Part shown: piece by piece, positions 27,460-40,195 of the stretch
How the letters are laid out: every line of letters begins with the position of its first letter
How positions within the stretch are numbered: position 1 is the stretch's first letter
DNA from: Marsupella aquatica
Taxonomy: Eukaryota > Plantae > Marchantiophyta
Direction: 5' to 3'
Assembly: GCA_973895155.1 (NCBI GenBank)
Contig: OZ316891.1
Coordinates: 20,036,069-20,100,068, forward strand
Length of the DNA: 64,000 nucleotides
Translations under genes and position numbers: made by a program
The notes under the pieces: generated by a model
What the model saw: only the letters and a program-made list of their open reading frames with translations
Told to the model about the DNA's origin: nothing
Databases searched by the model: none

Positions 27460-27735
27460 GTTCAATATTAGAGAGGTACATCCAAATCATGGAATGGTAT
27501 ATTAGAGGGTACCGTCACAAATTGGAAAACTTGAGAGAGCACTTCAGTCGAACATGTTTAAGTGCAATATTAGAGAAGTACATCCAAATTATGACATGTT
27601 ACGTTAGAGAGGTACTTTCATAAATTGGAAAACTTCTGAGAGCAGGCAGACATCTAGATTATTAGAGTGGTACATACACATTATGAAAGGTTTCATTAGA
27701 GAGGTACTTTCAATATTTGAAAAACTTCTGAGGAT
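27460..27735. repeat. Degenerate ~100-bp tandem array with recurring ATTAGAGAGGTAC motif
   Basis: Motif variants at ~27467, 27501, 27569, 27604, 27661 and 27697, with GGAAAACTT recurring. Confidence 0.75.
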
Positions 27736-28019
27736 ACCTACCATCTAACTCATAATCTAACTCATAGGCGCTTGATATAAGTATTACCTTGCTCATTTAT
27801 TACTGGAACTAGCAATTGACCAGTAAGTGATACTTGACCAAGTATTATGTACTTATACAATCATTCTGCACTTCCAAGTAAAAAGAGAAACGAACTTTCT
27901 TAGAAGCATTATGTACTTTCATGAATAAGGGCCTACTATGAAGAAGAAAACAAGTCTTAACAAACTTTCACATAGAAGCATAATGTACTTTCATAAATAA
28001 GGGCCTACTATGAACAAGA

Positions 28020-28320
28020 AAGGACTTAACAGGACCCCTCTAACATCGCCTGGATTTAACCAGACCCTTGTGAGCAAGATGCCATCAAGATTGGGACAAG
28101 ATGGACAGTCCTAGGGGTCCTGTTAAGTCTTCATGGCATCTTGTTGGACTGTTAAGTCCAAGAGGTTCCAAAGGGTTCTCAAGTCTTTTCTTGTACTATG
28201 AACAATGGTGTATTAAAGTTCACCAAATTGCCTAGGAGGTTTAGATTCTCTATCCATGACATTAGAATATGAATAGAATAGGATAGATCTCCTGGACAAG
28301 ATGCCATGAAGACTTAACAG
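28020..28320. repeat. Fold-back/MITE-like element with overlapping inverted repeats
   Basis: Perfect 25-bp IR CTGTTAAGTCTTCATGGCATCTTGT (28120-28144) / ACAAGATGCCATGAAGACTTAACAG (28296-28320). Second IR GACTTAACAGGACCCC (~28023) / GGGGTCCTGTTAAGTC (~28114). Confidence 0.7.
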
Positions 28321-28630
28321 TACCCACACACTAGTTAGAGAGAATATTACAAGTTGACTAGAGAAGTAGCTAAAGCGATCAGCAACTTGATTTGAACCAA
28401 TCAGTACATTTGCTAATGTACCCACATTAAAAGGAATATTGCAGCCTGACTAACGACGATCCTCAAAACATCAGCAGTTTGTTTTGAGCCTATGGGTGCG
28501 GTAGCTGAGAGTAACCCTACTAATCGATTGTCAGATTGATTGGCTTTTGACATTCACGACATTATACATTCATTTCCACATCACCTTTGGAGTGACTGCA
28601 CTAGGGCCCCAGGCATTCTGTTGAGAAAGA

Positions 28631-28881
28631 ATGTTTTTTTTAGCCTTCTTTCGGGCTTTCTTCCATTCTTCTCTGGCACCTACGGTTAAGATCGGAGCTA
28701 TCTGGCCCCCAAAAGGTATTTCTGTTTTAGATCCTTGGGGAATTCCTTTTCCAAATACCCTTATTCTACTGGAGCTGCCGTAACTTGGGCTCATCATGCT
28801 ATACTCGCCGGTTTAAAACAACAAGCAGTTTACGCTTTAATAGCTACCGTTTTACTGGCTTTAGTCTTTACTGGGTTTCAA
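28631..28881 (+). pseudogene. cox3: Nuclear mitochondrial insertion (NUMT): internal fragment of cox3
   Basis: Translates [46 protein letters not shown], then a ~7-nt deletion, then [37 protein letters not shown]. This is clear plant COX3, frameshifted and truncated. Confidence 0.95.
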
Positions 28882-31185
28882 ATGAAATTTCAGTTGCTTC
28901 GTACATGCATGTGCACGAGGCTTTCTAATGTTATATTTTCTTTTCAGTTCTCTGCCACGAATACAGCTGTCGTGCGTGTGCTTTTATAAAATTGAAAAAG
29001 TCACCCTTTTCAGTAAACTGCTTCCATCCTTGTATGAACCTTCTGTCACATGCATAACCTATATGTGTGGTTTGGTCTTTCAATCAAGCCCTCCAAATCA
29101 AGTTCTCCTTAGCCATATGCAGTTGCTGAAGTGACATGTTTAATGGAAGGCATGAAAATGGCGTCAAATAATGAATCGTCCACGGTATCCTCAAACGTGC
29201 AATCTCTATGCAATGCTAATGACAACGCAGCTTCAGACTTGTGAATGTTGTAGCAGTCAAATGTGCAATTTGTCATGCTCGGTACTCATGACACACACCC
29301 TCATATGTCATGATCCAACAAAGTCCGTTTTACAGCTCAATCCAAGGTTAGGATGATTTTGTTCCTTCGAGCGTAGGAAGTAAAAGCAGTTCAGGTTCGT
29401 TTTCGTTCCTTGTTTCTGGCTCAGTACATGCAAGGATGGACTACTAATTGGATTGCAGGTCCTCTTGCCTCAAACATTCAGACCAAGATTTGACAGAAGT
29501 ACAGATAGACAAGAAGAAGCGAAAGATAGCGAGAAACAACAAGAGAGAATATAGCAACTCTGCTACAAAGTAAAATGTAATCCTGACAAAGCCTTGCTAT
29601 CTAGTTGTATAATCGCAATCGAAACTAACTCTTCAGTACCGACTATCTAGAGTGAAGACTCTATATTATGAGGGGCATAACTGGGTGCGATTGAAAAGTA
29701 GGGATTGGGGGCAGGGTCAATCTGTGACACAACAGGATTGAATGTCTCACCTCTATTTACGATCAAATAACAGGCACTCAGGTTAGTCTGTTCAAGTACA
29801 AAACTTTCTGCATCAAGTAATGTAGGACATAAACTTCATTGCACGCTTAGTTGCACTCTTCTTTCGTCATGTGGGTCGAAAAGGCTTGTCAAATTGGGCA
29901 CTACCCAAATTTTGTGACCTCACAGTTCTGTAAGCCCTCTAGCGGTTTAACCCATTTGGAGACATCTCCACAATAAGTGAGTACTCAATGCCATTGAACT
30001 CCATCAATAAGTGAGTACTCACGAACTTCTGAAATGGGTCTTTGATTGACTTCGGCTTCCAGCCAGGAGTTGAATCAGACCTAAAGAATTGTATCATGCA
30101 AAGAATGTGTACTGCCTGGGAATTTGTTCTGCTTTAGGAGAAATATTTAACCATGGTTAGCAGAGCTTCCTATCCCAAAGCTCAGATATAACGTTTGCTA
30201 TACTTGCAAATGGTTTTTGTCAGTTCAATCTGTTTTCCTAAAGTAATATATGTCGAGCACAGTAGCAAAGAGAGTGGACGTGATCGCGGGTGTTTCAGAC
30301 ATACCTACCTGTTCTTTGAAGATATAGCCACCTATTCCACGTACACTTCTGTGAAAGATCTCACAATCTTGAATAGAGAATGTTAAGTGGTGCTCATTGG
30401 TTGCAATTTTCCAAAGGAACAGTTGAGCCTGAAGAGCATTTCCGAGAGAATTCGCCTCTACACAAGATTTATTTGCAAATCCCTTACATCCTACCGCCCC
30501 TCTTTGCAGTTGCGTGGATGTCGAATTGAGGGCATTCGATCAACATGTAGGACAGCTGATGTTTATAGCCTGGGCCAGTCCCTCTCCTTCTTGTAAAACA
30601 TTCCCTGTACACACGAGATGCTCAAAGTAAATCTCAAAGAAATTCCTCTAAACGACATCTACTAATACTTTCGATCGTCCCAAAAAAACATATTTTCTCA
30701 GAATGAACTCCTTTTCAAAGTAAAACAAAAAGATGTCTCCCGAGCTGGAAAAGGCTAAAAGAAAAACCAGCTGCAGCTCAACCTTGGTGGCGAGCAAGAA
30801 CCAGGACCGATTGAGTTTCAAAAAATTTGCAATGGGATGACATTGGAGTTTTCTTTAACAAAAGTTCATTCTCGCTGCACATGAAGTCTGTGAAGACTCT
30901 TCCGTGCACAATGACCCTAGAACCAGAGACTGTGACATGATGAAACCATTATAACAACAGTGCTCAAAACGAAATTTGTTCAGACAATCAGAATGGAGCC
31001 CACAAGCAACAGCTTTCATAATTGACGCAGATTTGTAACAAGGGTTCCATACTCGCCAATCACCAAGTTCTCAGTTGTCGCGTAATGAAAGGGAACACGA
31101 GTGTAGACAGTGGGCAAGTAATACCTTTGAATTTCAGAGCTGATTCCCAAAGTTGGGAGCACAAAATAGTGAGCCGAGTAGGCTA

Positions 31186-33034
31186 TCAAAAGAATTTCTT
31201 GCTCTTGCGATTTGCTTCAAGTCGGATGTCCCTCTGCGTTCACACAAACGCAACGTGATGACCAGAACTTTCCAAGCCCAGAAAGCTTACTAATCAAAAC
31301 CATCTCGACCTCAAAAATAAGAACCACTAAGAATAAGGTAAACACATCATTCTATTTGAAAGCCTACAAGTTGATAAAGGCAAAAACAAGTACATTTCAA
31401 ACCAGAAAAGACTAAAAAAAATAAGTGGGTTGCTGAGTCTTAGGACCAGGGTTCAAGGGAGGACCCAGTTACAAGACGCTTGTGTTCTCAATAATGTTGT
31501 TCTTCCTAACGTCTGTGGTATCCCGGTTGCCTCTAGACATATTCTAACTATTTCCAAAGAGTCTCTACGACGACTAAGACATGACAAGACCCTGCCCCAA
31601 GCCTGTAAGAAATCAAAGATGCATTCACACACGCTGAAACGAATCCCCGAGATTTTCATTAATTTACTTATTTCAACCATAAATACTTTCTCGTTAACAG
31701 CAAACGTTAGCTATGCATCAAGCGAACAATTCTGATAAAGTCATGCGATACCGGGTATCTAAATTAGTTCCATAAAATAGATTCTCGGTGAGGAATCTTT
31801 GCTGGACATCAAAGAACTATCCAAGAGTCTACCAAGTTCGACAGCAACAGTGTAAAAAGTATGAAGTCACTTTCTTACTTCTTGTTTCCTGCACGCTTTG
31901 TATGCATCAAATTGGTCTTGACATTTGCTTTTATCGTAGTCTGACGTTTCCAAACCTAGCCAACAGTGTCAGCAAGAAGTTCAAACAACTTAGATAATCC
32001 AAAATTTTGAAAGCACAGGACAGGACTTTGATTAGAGACAAAGCCATTGGAAGGAAAATGTCGCACTCAATGAACTTCGCTCCTCCGATCATATGACAAA
32101 ACCAATTCCACCTCAAATGAATAATTAAGCGCGATAAATGCCTCATGCACTAAAACTCTCTGACGATTGGAGGGCATTCCACCGAGTAATTGGGGCATGG
32201 CAACCCGCACGTTCAGGAACCTTGATATCCTCACATGAAGAGAAAGATCCGAGAGCTACTCCATTCGCTGAAGCTGACTATTTCCTCAGTCTACGAATTT
32301 TGTGATCCAAGTCCAGGAGAGATAGGGTACAAATCTTTAAAACAGTACGAGACTGAACTTAAAACGCTGGAGCATCTGCCGTTACTGCCGCAGACTTCGT
32401 CCCTTCCAAACTAGTGTAAACGAGTTTCCCGAGGGCAGTGCTCGGATTCAGAGGAGACTTTATTTCACCAGCCGCAGCTTCAGATTGATAATGGAAAGAA
32501 AAACTAAAACCTAAAATTGAGAGGGAATGTCTGAATTGCAGGCACCACATTTTAAGACCCCGACCGACGGGCACATTGGACAACGGGTGAAACGAGCCAA
32601 GATCGATGAGATACAGTGTGTCAGCGAAATCAATGCATCAAACTTTGAAGTCCACTGCTTACAAAGCGACGAAGTGCTCAACCTAAGTCTCTAGTCAAGG
32701 CTGAATTTTGAACCGACCGAAAGAACCGGAAAACGATGTGAGAGAAACCGGTCCAATCTACGCTGACAAACACAACATTGCTTCGACAACTCAAGGGAGT
32801 GAAGAAATGAACGACTGAATTTTGAAAAGCAGCAGGGCCAAATTTCAAAAGCGATACTTTGCCAGCGATATGAACTCACTCACATTTGAGCGAAGCGGCA
32901 TATTGCTGCGCGCAGAAGGATTCCGAGAGCTTTTGAATTCCGTGGCGCGGGCTCGGGGGAGCTTCGGACAGTGATCCTTCTGCCGCATCAGCAGCGCTTG
33001 TTGACGATGTGAACTCCATGGATTTGATTTCCAT
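31186..33034 (-). CDS. COX23: COX23-like twin-Cx9C (CHCH) mitochondrial intermembrane-space protein, ~91 aa
   Basis: Exons 33034-32884, 31955-31879 and 31233-31186 (GT-AG, in frame) give ...KLSESFCAQQYAASLKCLETSDYDKSKCQDQFDAYKACRKQERDIRLEANRKSKKFF*, with two Cx9C motifs. Start Met ambiguous (33043, 33034 or 33019). Confidence 0.9.
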
Positions 33035-33234
33035 GCAAATCATCAACCAGACGGCTAGCGAACACCGACCCAATTCGCAGTCACGGAGATCCGATACGTA
33101 CTGCTGAGAATCCTGGAGTGGTATCAGAGACTGCTTCCTCGGGATATGGTAACGAAGCCCTGCACTTCTGATTTTTTTCACCAAAGCAAACTCGAGTGCC
33201 ACTTCGTTGAAATTTGATCCCGATGGATGATCTC

Positions 33235-33712
33235 CATGATTTCATTTCAACCAAAGCTCCATGATTTTTTTCCACCAAAGCCAACTAGAGTGCCACTTCC
33301 CTTGATGAACCTCCAAGTTTTCTCAACTGCTCCCATAGACTGTTGGAGAGGTTTTTGCACCATGGACCCCCAAAATGAAAAGTGTTACTTGAATGATTTC
33401 ATTTGCTGAAATGCTCCCATAGACTCTTGGGAGGTTTTTGCACCATGGACCCCCAAAATGAAAAGTGTTACTTTAATGATTTCATTTCAACCAAAGCTCC
33501 ATGATTTTTCGTCATCAAAGCCAACTAGAGTGCCACTTCCCTTGATGGACCTCCAAGTTTGCTCACTGCTCCCATAGACTGTTGGAGAGGTTGCACCATG
33601 GACCCCCAAAATGAAAAGTGTTACTTGAATGATTTCACTTGCTGAAATGCTCCCATAGACTCTTGGAGAGGTACTTGCACCATGGACCCAAAATGAAAAG
33701 TGTTAACTGAAT
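33235..33712. repeat. Nested tandem duplication (~240 bp x2, each with an ~85-bp internal repeat) just upstream of COX23
   Basis: TGCTCCCATAGACT...TGCACCATGGACCC...AAAATGAAAAGTGTTA x4; ATGATTTCATTTCAACCAAAGCTCCATGATTTTT x2. Confidence 0.9.
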
Positions 33713-35256
33713 GAGCTATAAAGATAAGTAGCGAATGTTCCTCACATAATGAGAGGTTCATGCTCACTTTCCATCACACTTGACTGAAGGAATTTAATCA
33801 AGAATTTAATGGACCAAATACTGTGTATCAGCCAAAATAGTGAGCAGTCTTATCTTAGAGAGGTGTTGTTCAAATACAAAATTATTTTCCAAGATGGTCT
33901 CTGCCATTTTTGAATCTATGGGAGATTGGTTGTTTATATATAGGGAAACGATGTCCCACTATAGTATCAAAGGTTGTCTGACATGGCCCCGATCACCAAG
34001 GCAACTAAGCGCACACAAAAATACTCTACAACAAGTTTTTAAGCAGATTGCTGCAAGAGACATAAATGTTTTGATCACCTTTTAAGTACTTTGTCACTAA
34101 AGATGTTCTAATTGACAATATTGACACACTTCATTTTGTAATAGATTCCATATATGGATGACAATTTCACCAACATAACCAAGGGACCTATATACAAAAA
34201 ATAGGGACATATTTATAAATACTATAAAAATAGTGATAAAATATTGAATTCAACCATCTTTAGTGACAATATACTTAAAAGCTGAGGTTTTGATTGAAAG
34301 AAATGAGGTCAAATAGTAGGACCTCAAAATCTGCAATTCATATGCTGAGACAAATAGAAAGGACAGAGGCAATACGAGCAAGACCAGAGATGTAAAGACA
34401 GCTTGGTCAGTCTTGTGTAACCAAACTCTCTTTGGTCACAGACCTGGTTTGTCAAGATTCTACGTGGGAGGGCATTTTGGGCAATAGAGGTTCTTTCCCT
34501 GTATATTGACTACGGGACACAAAAATGTTTATTCTTAGTTGAAAATGATTAAAAGCAAGTCAAAAGAGAAGTAAAGCTGGCATGGACCTAACTGTTTGAC
34601 AAAATATGATTGGCATAAAACCTTAGGGTACTAAGATAACACTTTCTCTTGGTCAAAAAATGCATACTTTTCTGGTCAATAGTAACCTGGTTCATCCAGG
34701 CAAGGTTCATGGGAACAATCCATCCAAACATTATTTTAGTAAATCAAGAGATTGCTGAAAATCCCTGAAACTGAAACCAGGATTGACCACCATGTTAGAT
34801 CCTAGTGCTGGTCCATGGGAGTTTGGGCCCAGGCATAACTTTATGATTACGGGTCCTAAATACTCCCAAAAAAATTCATATAAATGTAATTATGAAAATC
34901 AATCCATTGGAATTTAGCCCTCAGCATTTTATGATGATATTTGTAACCAAAATGTCCAAAAATTCACTGTCACTTTGGAGGAAGTATAGCTTATTTACTA
35001 CTCTATTATTTCCATAAACCAAAAGACATGAATTTATGCATATTGAGTTATTACAGTTACACTAGACTTTGGGAAATGTGTTTCATTGGGGCTTCGAATT
35101 CAAAATTCTTACAAATGATATTACCTTAAAAGTAATCAAATCAAGCAACATTTGTTCGACCTGGAATGCAAATGGTGGAAGCGGCGGATTACAACTTACA
35201 GTGAGACTACATGACACCAGGAACCAGTTACTGAGGTCTTACTAATAATGTACTAC

Positions 35257-35524
35257 GTAATTCCTGTCAGGAGAAGAAGTTACCGGTGTGTAACCATTTC
35301 TGGAGGGGCCTGCTATAGTCATAATCTGCTGTCCTGAAAAGTTTAGCTGGTAACCTCTTTCCGGGCAGGAGTTACTTACGCTAGTGCAGGTCTGGGCTGG
35401 GGTTATAGACTGTAACCTGCTCCCGGAATATTCAAAGAAGCTTTCTGGCTACTGTCGGTCAGCTTTTTTTCATATTCCGGATGCAAGGTTACAGCCTAGT
35501 AACCCTGCGCCCACACCTGCATTA
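35257..35524 (+). other. Two adjacent long imperfect hairpins (candidate miRNA-like precursors or fold-back element)
   Basis: Hairpin 1 arms 35257-35287 / 35346-35375. Hairpin 2 arms ~35382-35442 / 35461-35524. Several G-U-compatible differences on the + strand. Confidence 0.6.
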
Positions 35525-35673
35525 CCCTATACGTAACACCGGGCGGACCAGGCCTTTAACGTGGAGTTGCCCACTAAATTAACATATAGCATCCCGACAT
35601 TGTGCCCAGAACCGCTAAAATAGAGGTGCCGACCCTTGTTGGCCAGCCGAACGAAGGCGACGTTTACGAAGAT

Positions 35674-35905
35674 GGCGGTTAAGTACCCAGGCAAGCTCCA
35701 AAGTAACTTTGTTCTAGGGGGCTCGAATGGTGGAGGGGCACTCATCAGAATTTGGCCGGGGCCGGTAAAGTACTCTAGAAGTGTCCTGGCGGTTAATTAA
35801 GTACCAAGGCAACCTCCAAAGTAACTGTGCTCTAGGGGGGTCGAATGGCGCAGGGCACTCATCAGAATTTGGCCGGGGCCGGTAAAGTACTCTAGAAGTG
35901 TCCTG
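35674..35905. repeat. ~115-bp direct tandem duplication
   Basis: GGCGGTTAA...CTCCAAAGTAACT...GGGCACTCATCAGAATTTGGCCGGGGCCGGTAAAGTACTCTAGAAGTGTCCTG starts at 35674 and 35788. Confidence 0.9.
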
Positions 35906-36949
35906 TACACGGCGGCAGCGCTAAAATAAGGCCAAAAACCTGCGGTCAGGTACTCCGTGGACAGAGTGGGCGACGGTCGGCCAGCCCAAAGAGTACCACG
36001 GCGCAGTCGAGATTCGGATATGCTACTTTAGTACGACGAAATACTGTGTAACGCGCCAGGCCGCCTCTGCAGAGGGAGCAAAGTACACAGGACAAGCCCG
36101 AGAGTCTGGGGTACTTTCGCAGTTCGGCTAATCTGACTCGAAAAGGTAGTTCTGTCAGCCTGGCTGTCTACTGTAGAGTACAGTAGGAGTGAGTCCCAAG
36201 GTGTCTACAGTTTGGAGATCCCAGGTGGTTTGTCTGTGGTCTGGCTAGTGGCGCTGCAACATTAGTTGGTTTGTCCCTTTTGCCCATTATATATTCATTA
36301 TAACCATATATATCTATACTTATTTATATATATTAGATTTATATTAGTTCGTTTGCAGTTTGCACCGTTATATAAAATACTTTGGCCCATTGGGTTTTGT
36401 ATTCTTTGTTCCCAGTTGATTTTGGCTGCGGTTGTTGTGGCATATAGTTGGCGAATTTACAACAACAAAAACTGTATAGATTCTGCCCAATATATTTTTG
36501 AATGAAAATAAATGTATACACTGACTTGTTTACACTAGCAGCATTCTTAAATTTACATAGCTCACAATGTTATCCTGAGAAATGGCTATTCTATCACAAA
36601 CAGGACCTTGCTATGTTCACATTTGACTTTTGGCAAACTACACTGCACAAGTCGTCTATGGAGACTAGGAGCCCATTAGTGCACATTTAACCTTTAGTCC
36701 TCTGAATGGTGTCATTCCTAGCCAGTGGGGAATGGGTGTTCTGGCCAGATGCCTTGATAGGTTCCAATTTCTTTTCTCTCTCTCTCTCTCTAATGGTTGT
36801 CTGAGTTTGTTGGCCGAGATTTTCAGAAGGATGGGAATCCCAACTGAGTGTACAATCCGAGCTTTGTCCCTGATGGTGACTGGTGCTCAATGTCAGAGAC
36901 ATTAGATTAGGTGGGGAGTGGATGGTTCTTTCCGGGATCTTTTGTGGAG

Positions 36950-38175
36950 GCTATGTCATATGTATAGAGTAATGATGGATTGGTCTGGGGTTACTAGTCT
37001 GTAATCCTGTGACCAGAAAATGAGTAAATGCTGACCGACGGCAGCCGGGAAGTTTTTCTGAGCTTTGTGGGAACAGGTTTCAAACTAGAATCCCAACCCA
37101 AACAGTCATTATCATACATAATACCTGCCCAGAAAAAGATTACCGAACAATATTTTCTAGGCACAAGGTTAGGGAAATTGTGGCACCTGGTAGAAAAGGT
37201 TACACACAGGTAACCTTTCTTCCTGATAGGAGTTACGATGCTGGAGGTCATTGCTCTACTAGGTATTGTCAAACTGGCATTGCAACATTGCCTTCATTTT
37301 GAAAGTGGTTGGACAACAATGACTTGCTGAAAGCCTTCAGAATCAATAATAAGAGAGTTTATCAACTGATCAGGCCACAAGATTCTGATTTAGTTGTGCT
37401 CAATGGGATCTGTGAAGACTCTTGGTCAGAAAGGGAGTTGAGCTTTGGCGGATCACCACTCAAGGCTACTTTTGGGAGCAAGAGCATTGAAGACTAGCAA
37501 GGGAACTGATGTACGAGGTGCTAACTATGCTTCAGCTCATGGAAAACTATCTACAACTATAATAAGGGACTCCTATCTTTTTTCGTCCTTCCTCCTAATA
37601 CAAAAAAGCTCATGGGCAGGAAAAATCCATAGCCGTTGGATTCGATTGGCTATTTTCCCTGACCATTGATGGGAGAGATGTGCACCCCTGGCACATATGT
37701 GGTTCCCGCTGCCCCATAAATGCCCCGGGCCTATCCCTATGGACCGGCCCTCCTTGCACAGTGCAAAGCACTGACATAGGGCTAGTCATTCATATCTCTT
37801 TGTTGAGTATGTACACGCTAGACGCTGTTGGGGAATTGTATGATGGGCATTTTTACCTGGCTCTACGATTCGATAATGCGTCTGCTTGACTTGATAACTG
37901 GGCATGATTGCACCCATGCTGTTAAGGCCTTTATCCTCTTTCAAGTATATTATGGTCTATTTGGTTAGGTAGGAATGAACAAGTTTTTCAATTCGCTCAA
38001 GAAGAAAACTTTTGATCTCAATAGTGTCTTATCTGAAGTTAGTGATCACTTGCGTGCATTGTGTGCTGCCTCCACTCCTAGTTGGTGGCAAACTACATTG
38101 CTTTGTGCCAAAGAGTTGGTGGAGCAGGTTGGAGTACACTGGCTGCCTAGGAGTGGCAATAGGATTTCCCCATAG
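36950..38175 (+). mobile_element. Degenerate LINE (L1-like) 3' region
   Basis: ILWSIWLGRNEQVF at ~37945-37990 matches the plant L1 C-terminal W-x-IW-xx-RN-xxx-F motif. Flanking broken ORFs are on the same strand; left boundary approximate. Confidence 0.6.
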
Positions 38176-38699
38176 TTGAGGTTTGTTGTTTGAGGTGTTG
38201 GGAGCTGGTGTTGTGTCTTGCTTGGTTTGACTGACAATTTGGCTGTATTGGCATTTTTGTGATGGGCATTTCTTGGTCTTGCTCAATGGGGGTGGCGGAG
38301 GAGGTGGGAGAGGGGGGGGGGGTGGGGGGTGGGGGGATCTTTGCCATGGTTTTGGATGTTGTTCTTGGGATGTTTGCCCTTCTGCCCTTGTTGAGGTGGT
38401 TTTGATCTATCTAGTAAGGGCCTCCTGTCTAGAGTGAAACATACCTCTAGACCTCTGTCACAATTGGGGGTGGAACTAGAACTGGGGCACATGATGGTAC
38501 TCACATCTATTTACAAGCAAAACTATGGCATTGAGGCAAGTTCTTTAATAATTGACTGAACAAAGTTCAGTTGAAGTGATGGGTCCCAAAAATGGCCCAA
38601 GAACTTATTTTTAGCAACTCTATTGTAAAAAGTGGCCCAGTATTTTTGTGAAATCATTTTGTCAAAACTATACTGTTTAGCCTATTGTGACCACGTAGG

Positions 38700-38824
38700 T
38701 GTTTGATCGATGGCCTTAGCATATATTTATTGAATGAACCGGGATTGGTCAAGGGCTTGGGCATATATCTATTTAGTGAACCCAGATGGCACTATACCAA
38801 CCTGTTTTTGGTGACAGACTTGTT

Positions 38825-38867
<43 letters not shown>

Positions 38868-38985
38868 AGTGAACAGAGATACAGTAACCTGTGTGTGGTC
38901 AAGGGCTTGGGACTATATTTATTCAGTGGAACCAGATGGCGGCACTACACTAAGTTGTGTGTGGTCAAGGGCTGGCTTAGATATG
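38700..38985. repeat. Degenerate array (GGTCAAGGGCTTG...AGTGAACCCAGATGGC) interrupted by an (AT)n microsatellite at ~38829-38864
   Basis: Motif repeated 3-4 times; related motifs at 40440-40510 and 41320-41365. Confidence 0.75.
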
Positions 38986-39649
38986 CGATGGGGGCCCAAA
39001 AAAGCCCCCAAGATATTTTGCCTGCAATGCATGTGGACTGCAATAACATGGACTTCTATATTGTATTGCATAATTATGGACTGCAATACGATGGACTTCT
39101 ATATTGGATTGCAATACTGGATTTTTCTAAACGGTTTCAATTGTTCTGAAGAGGCCACAAAGACCCCAATGTATTTTGTGGTTTATATTAGTATTGAGAC
39201 ATATCAGGATGACTTACTTAGCAAGAGGATGAGGGAAACATTTAATTCATTTGTTTTTTTCTGTTTATTGCACTCTTTTGTTGTTTTTCTTCTTTTGTTT
39301 ATTTGATTGTTTTTCCCATTTTCTTGGAAGAACCGTGTGGATTGTTACTTTCTTCTCGGGAGAAGGGTGGGATGTTTTTCATTCCTTTGTTTTCTTCTTA
39401 ATTTTTGTTTGGGGATATTCATGGGCAATGATGACATACTAGCTTTTTTAAATGAATTATTTCCTCCCTTTGAGGGTAGGGTGGAGGGTGTACACAAGGA
39501 TAAGGGAATGTGTTTTAATTTTTGAGAATTTACATTCTCTACACAATTGATTTTCAACCTTTTAGAGTGAGGCAGGGTTCATTCTTTCTGGAGAGGGGCT
39601 ATTTGATTCCTTTTTGGGTTTTGATTTTTCTTAGGGCTAAGAAAAAACT

Positions 39650-40195
39650 GGGCAGCGGTGGACTTTTAATGTCATAAATTTCAAAATGTTTCCCTCCTTT
39701 TAGGGTGGAATATGAAGGGTTTCTAACGGGAGGGGCACAAAAGGACTCTTGGGGGGGGTGGGGGGGGGGGTATACTTTGCTTTTTTAATATAGTTTTCCT
39801 TTCTCTTGGGGCATACACTGGTTAGCCACATTTTTTAGTGTGATGATTCTTTGGTGTGTCGTTTAGTGAATAGCTTGAGTAAAAATAAGAATAAAAATGG
39901 AAAAGATGATCCTTTCCCCGCCAAGTCTTCTTTCTTGCACCAACCAGGCAATGGTTGCTCTCATTGTCAAGTATGACTCTCAAGGATCTTTTTCAAGTAA
40001 GCAAATAACCTACTAGATTATGGTTTCTGTGTACTAGTTTCTGCATAGTCATGGGTAATTTGGGTACAATATCTTCAAAAAGGTACACAACAAGGGCATC
40101 ATCTTCGGCATTCTTACCTGCTAATTCCTTACCTGCTAATAGTTTCCATGGTCATGAAACAAATTACTACTATGCTTGCTGATTGGTCTCATAGT
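39650..40195. repeat. Dispersed repeat family, copy B (partial)
   Basis: Matches 4245-4350 and 4450-4500, and 7145-7280 (TAGTTT.TGCATAGTCATGGG...TTTGGGTACAATATCT; TGCTTGCTGA.TGGTCTCA). Confidence 0.75.

Noticed and set aside
27460-27735. CRISPR-like periodic ATTAGAGAGGTAC motif
   Set aside because: The intervening sequences are homologous to each other rather than unique spacers, there are no cas genes, and the context is eukaryotic.
28631-33034. Functional link between the cox3 NUMT and the neighbouring COX23 gene
   Set aside because: The NUMT is frameshifted, truncated and on the opposite strand; proximity is most simply chance.
35690-35905. CTGATGAG on the minus strand of both 115-bp repeats, suggesting hammerhead ribozymes/retrozyme
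   Set aside because: No GAAA after a closable stem II and no stem III/NUH site could be built.
38703-39306. Two overlapping ~145-aa ORFs
   Set aside because: Translations of tandem repeats and an (AT)n microsatellite.
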